Assembly (NCBI GenBank): GCA_937921735.1
Contig: CAKZTQ010000011.1
Span: 18,333-82,332, forward strand
DNA length: 64,000 nt
Direction of reading: 5' to 3'
Origin: an uncultured archaeon
Lineage (GTDB): Archaea > Hadarchaeota > Hadarchaeia > Hadarchaeales > Hadarchaeaceae
A model generated the notes under the pieces. It had not been told where the DNA came from and did no database searches. It saw only the letters and a program-made list of their open reading frames with translations. Numbering within the stretch: the stretch's first letter is position 1; the number at the start of each line of letters is the position of its first letter. Positions 61,239 to 64,000 of the stretch are shown piece after piece. The position numbers and the translations under genes are program-made.

Positions 61239-62252
61239 TTAACCAAACAATGCTCCTAGACCCGTGATCTCCTCCTTCTTCGGTTTCTCTTCTTTTGATT
61301 CTTCCTCTCTCTTCTCCTCTATTTTAGGTTCCACCCCTGACGCGGCGAGCATCTCCTTCAGCCTCTCGTCTAACGCGTTTGCATCCCTCGCTAGAATAGC
61401 GCTAGCTAAGGATAACATCCGCGCATTTGCCTGCGCCAGCAATATCGGCAAAATCTCCGCGATGGGTAGGCAGGCATTTAGCGCCACGTTATGTGCTGCC
61501 GCGCTTGCTTTAGCCAATATGGCGCCAATGGTGACGTCGGTCGGATAATTGACGTTGATGGAAAGGTTTACCGCGTTTATGGATGCATCCCGAATTTGGT
61601 TCATCACCTGTGTTTCGTCAATGGCCAGCACGTCGCCCGGGAATATAGTACCGGAGTCGTATGCTGCTCGCAATTTTAGGTAGAGCTCAATTGGGTATAT
61701 CCCAAGCTTTGCTAAAACATCTGCGACTTCCTTGGTTATGACTTCTCCCTGCTTGGCGATGTGGGCATCCTCCAGCACGACGACTTTGCCAGCCTGAATC
61801 CTGGCCTTGATGCCTGCGCGTTGGAGTTCACCAACTATAGGTCCAGGGGAAAAATCCGTCTCGCCCGCAGGGATCACGATATCTCGGGGCGATATTGTAC
61901 CTGGTTTAGCTGGAGCATTTATTTTGTTCATTTGAAGCGTCCTGCTCAGCTTGAATGGGTTCAACCGCGAGAATATCAGCGCAGAGGGTCCCTCGAAATA
62001 ATTCATCAACTCCTGGAGCTTGGGGTCCTTTTGCTCAGCAGCCCTCTCGATCGCCAACTTCAATAAGGTGTTTTTAGAAACCACTATTTCCGCCTGCCCA
62101 TAGAGCTGTTGTCTTATCCTCTGAAATTGAGCAGCCGGAAGCCCTCCGATGTTTAAAACACCCACGACGGGATAACGGTCGAACATTTCGATCAATTCGC
62201 TTAGCACTTCCTGCTTCCAAGCTGCGACCTTTCTTTCAGCTTTCGCGGCCAT
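61239..62252 (-). CDS. rpl10: 50S ribosomal protein L10 (P0)
   Basis: 337 aa. Acidic tail ending GLGALFG. Confidence 0.9.
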   Translation of the reverse strand: MAAKAERKVAAWKQEVLSELIEMFDRYPVVGVLNIGGLPAAQFQRIRQQLYGQAEIVVSKNTLLKLAIERAAEQKDPKLQELMNYFEGPSALIFSRLNPFKLSRTLQMNKINAPAKPGTISPRDIVIPAGETDFSPGPIVGELQRAGIKARIQAGKVVVLEDAHIAKQGEVITKEVADVLAKLGIYPIELYLKLRAAYDSGTIFPGDVLAIDETQVMNQIRDASINAVNLSINVNYPTDVTIGAILAKASAAAHNVALNACLPIAEILPILLAQANARMLSLASAILARDANALDERLKEMLAASGVEPKIEEKREEESKEEKPKKEEITGLGALFG

Positions 62253-62255
62253 AGC

Positions 62256-62906
62256 TTACACCTCTATCTTTACCGGCTTTCCCATTGTTGTTTTGAGGTA
62301 TAATGAGCCAACTTGATGGAGGCCTCTCTCCAACCTGTGCTCTAAAACCTCTAGCACTGCCTGCGCGTTCTCGGCGAGTTGTTCGTCGCTCATGGTTTCT
62401 GAGCCTATCGGCACGTGTATCGTCGGTTGCTCGCGCGTGCGCAGGCGCACCGTTCTCCTGCCCCGCTCGATAAAGGGTGCTGGGTCAGCGGCTGGCGGTA
62501 CGGGTTTCGGTATCTTTCCCCGAGGACCTAATATCGGGCCAAGCTGCTTTCCTATCAAGGGCATCAAATCGGCCTGCGCCAAGAAGGTATCGTAATTGTT
62601 TGCTATTTCCTTTGCACGCTTGCGGTTCTTTTGAAGTTCATCGATGTCATCCCGCGTTAGGAGCAGGTCTGCACCAGCCTCCCTCGCCTTTCGAGCTAGC
62701 TCTCCCTCCGCAAAAAAAGCGACCCTTCTGGGCTTTCCCGTTCCGTGAGGTAAAACTACTTCCTCATTTATCCTGTTCTCCGGCTTCTTGAGGTCCAAAT
62801 CCCTAAAGTTGATCGTTAAATCGATGCTTTGAACGAAGTTTCGCTTTTCACTTGATTCTCGCACCCGCTTGATGGCATCGAGCAATTTTTCACGAGGTAT
62901 TGGCAT
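62256..62906 (-). CDS. rpl1: 50S ribosomal protein L1
   Basis: MPIPREKLLDAIKRVRESSEKRNFVQSIDL.... The ATG at 62906 lies just after the rpl11 stop; the longest ORF reaches 62978. Confidence 0.9.
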   Translation of the reverse strand: MPIPREKLLDAIKRVRESSEKRNFVQSIDLTINFRDLDLKKPENRINEEVVLPHGTGKPRRVAFFAEGELARKAREAGADLLLTRDDIDELQKNRKRAKEIANNYDTFLAQADLMPLIGKQLGPILGPRGKIPKPVPPAADPAPFIERGRRTVRLRTREQPTIHVPIGSETMSDEQLAENAQAVLEVLEHRLERGLHQVGSLYLKTTMGKPVKIEV

Positions 62907-62910
62907 TGGG

Positions 62911-63387
62911 TCACCCCAGCTTTTCGTCGTATTTCCCCTCCTTGACCAGGCGTTGTACCTCCCTTGGATGCATGCCATCGACGGTTATGCCCATGCTCAA
63001 GCAGGATCCCAGCACTTCGTTCACCGCAGCCCTAAGATCCTTGGCGAGCATCGTGCTCATTTTTAGCTTCGCAATTTTGACCACTTGCTCGAACGCAAGA
63101 TTTCCGACCACTTCTTGGCCAGCGGTTTTCGCCCCCTTTTCAAGCCCGAGCTCCTTCTTGATTAGGGCAGTGGTGGGCGGCGAACCTACCTCTATTTTAA
63201 ACTGCTTGGTCTTCTTATCGACTATTATCTTAACCGGGACCTTCATTCCCTCGAACGAGGCCGTCTTTTTATTGATCTCGGAGACTACTTGCCCAACATT
63301 TATGCCTAACGGCCCCAAAGCTGGACCGATGGGTGGCCCTGCTGTAGCCTTTCCACCTTCGACCAAAACTTTAATCGTGGTCTCCAC
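62911..63387 (-). CDS. rpl11: 50S ribosomal protein L11
   Basis: 158 aa. [23 protein letters not shown] motif. GTG start. Confidence 0.9.
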   Translation of the reverse strand: METTIKVLVEGGKATAGPPIGPALGPLGINVGQVVSEINKKTASFEGMKVPVKIIVDKKTKQFKIEVGSPPTTALIKKELGLEKGAKTAGQEVVGNLAFEQVVKIAKLKMSTMLAKDLRAAVNEVLGSCLSMGITVDGMHPREVQRLVKEGKYDEKLG

Positions 63388-63470
63388 GGCAATCGCCTTT
63401 TCTTGGCTGAAGCAACTCTCGCAAATATAAGGTAGGCTGGCATAAAAAGCTGAGCGCTAGTCGTTCGGGC

Positions 63471-63734
63471 TTATTCTAAAACTTCAAGCCTTCCATACAT
63501 GCCAGCGCTTACGTAAACTTCATCCCTGAAGAGCCGCGAGTAACCATTGCGAATGCGGATTCGGCTGCCTACTTTGACTCGGTCGATATCCTTGTCCCAT
63601 AGTGATATCTTTATTCGACCTGAGTCATCCTCGCCTATGGCGGTCGTGACTCTGCCTTCGCGTCCGGATCTATCAACGTAGGGACGCGGTTCCTCAATCT
63701 CCACTATCCTCAGATCTAAGTCTATGTTGCGCAT
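63471..63734 (-). CDS. small OB-fold nucleic-acid-binding protein
   Basis: 87 aa. Pattern RSGREGRVTTAIGEDDSGRIKISLWDKDIDRVKVGSRIRIRNGY is a classic anticodon-binding/SSB-type OB signature. Confidence 0.55.
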   Translation of the reverse strand: MRNIDLDLRIVEIEEPRPYVDRSGREGRVTTAIGEDDSGRIKISLWDKDIDRVKVGSRIRIRNGYSRLFRDEVYVSAGMYGRLEVLE

Positions 63735-63765
63735 GGCTGGCTTAACCTCGCTCGCTTTCGTTCAA

Positions 63766-64000
63766 TCACCCCCTCTTGGTCTTCTCTATGACCTTTACGT
63801 AGTCCCCGCGGACGGTCACAGGAATCGGCACAGTGGCCTCGAAGAGCTCGACCGTGATCTCCTCCTTCGCCTCATCTATCCGTATTATCCTAGCCCTCTC
63901 CCCTCTAAACGGGCCCGATATCAGCTCGACGATGTCTCCAACCTCCATGCCCTCGACCGCGGGCTTGGGCACTAGGAAATGTTCTATCTCTTTGAATGGT
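63766..64000 (-). CDS. spt5: transcription elongation factor Spt5 (NusG), KOW-domain end; 5' part off window
   Basis: [22 protein letters not shown] is the KOW motif. The frame stays open to the window edge (...[13 protein letters not shown]...). Confidence 0.85.
   Translation of the reverse strand, partial: PFKEIEHFLVPKPAVEGMEVGDIVELISGPFRGERARIIRIDEAKEEITVELFEATVPIPVTVRGDYVKVIEKTKRG

Noticed and set aside
62907-62978. N-terminal extensions in the ORF track: rpl1 to 62978, rhomboid to 27878, phosphohexomutase to 39368, radical SAM from 36698, the small membrane protein to 16737, and the COG1237 MBL from 26183.
   Set aside because: The extensions overlap upstream genes or promoter-like boxes and do not resemble the family N-termini. 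Internal ATGs with better context were used instead.
1-64000. CRISPR arrays, cas genes, transposases/IS elements, integrases, rRNA operons and recognisable defence systems.
   Set aside because: I scanned the ORF translations and intergenic DNA and found no spaced direct-repeat arrays and no recombinase, nuclease-helicase or defence-type domain architectures. This is absence of evidence by eye only.

Overview
The window reads as a high-GC archaeal chromosome segment and is mostly housekeeping. Archaeal identity rests on archaea/eukaryote-type ribosomal proteins (S17e, S19e, L31e, L39e, LX, P0/P1), aIF6, Nep1, RNase P Rpp21, Spt5, an AglB-type oligosaccharyltransferase, pantoate kinase and an intron-containing tRNA. 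Core content includes four aminoacyl-tRNA synthetases (ProRS, HisRS, LeuRS, AlaRS) and gatCAB. It also holds a CoA-biosynthesis cluster, a pncA-pncB NAD-salvage pair and an inositol-phospholipid cluster. Two conserved ribosomal gene blocks are present: rps19e-rpl39e-rpl31e-eif6-rplX-pfdA-ftsY and spt5-rpl11-rpl1-rpl10-rpl12. There are five tRNA genes. I saw no CRISPR array, cas gene, transposase, integrase or rRNA. Two patches are visibly AT-richer and look accessory. The first is a ~1 kb islet immediately 3' of tRNA-Gly, bounded by a degenerate copy of the tRNA 3' end; it carries a start-less retropepsin-like ORF and an unlisted 4xCxxC microprotein. The second is a ~7 kb glycan-biosynthesis cassette immediately 3' of tRNA-Arg(TCT). 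I cannot demonstrate a clear new multi-gene system. The best leads are the tRNA-Gly islet, an orphan encapsulated-ferritin-like gene with no shell gene nearby, a DUF917/M29-like/NCS1-permease module, a frameshifted zinc-ribbon gene upstream of an AmmeMemoRadiSam-type radical SAM enzyme, and a perfect palindrome in the PadR/inositol-phosphate-synthase divergent promoter. All family assignments come from motif recognition by eye, not from searches.
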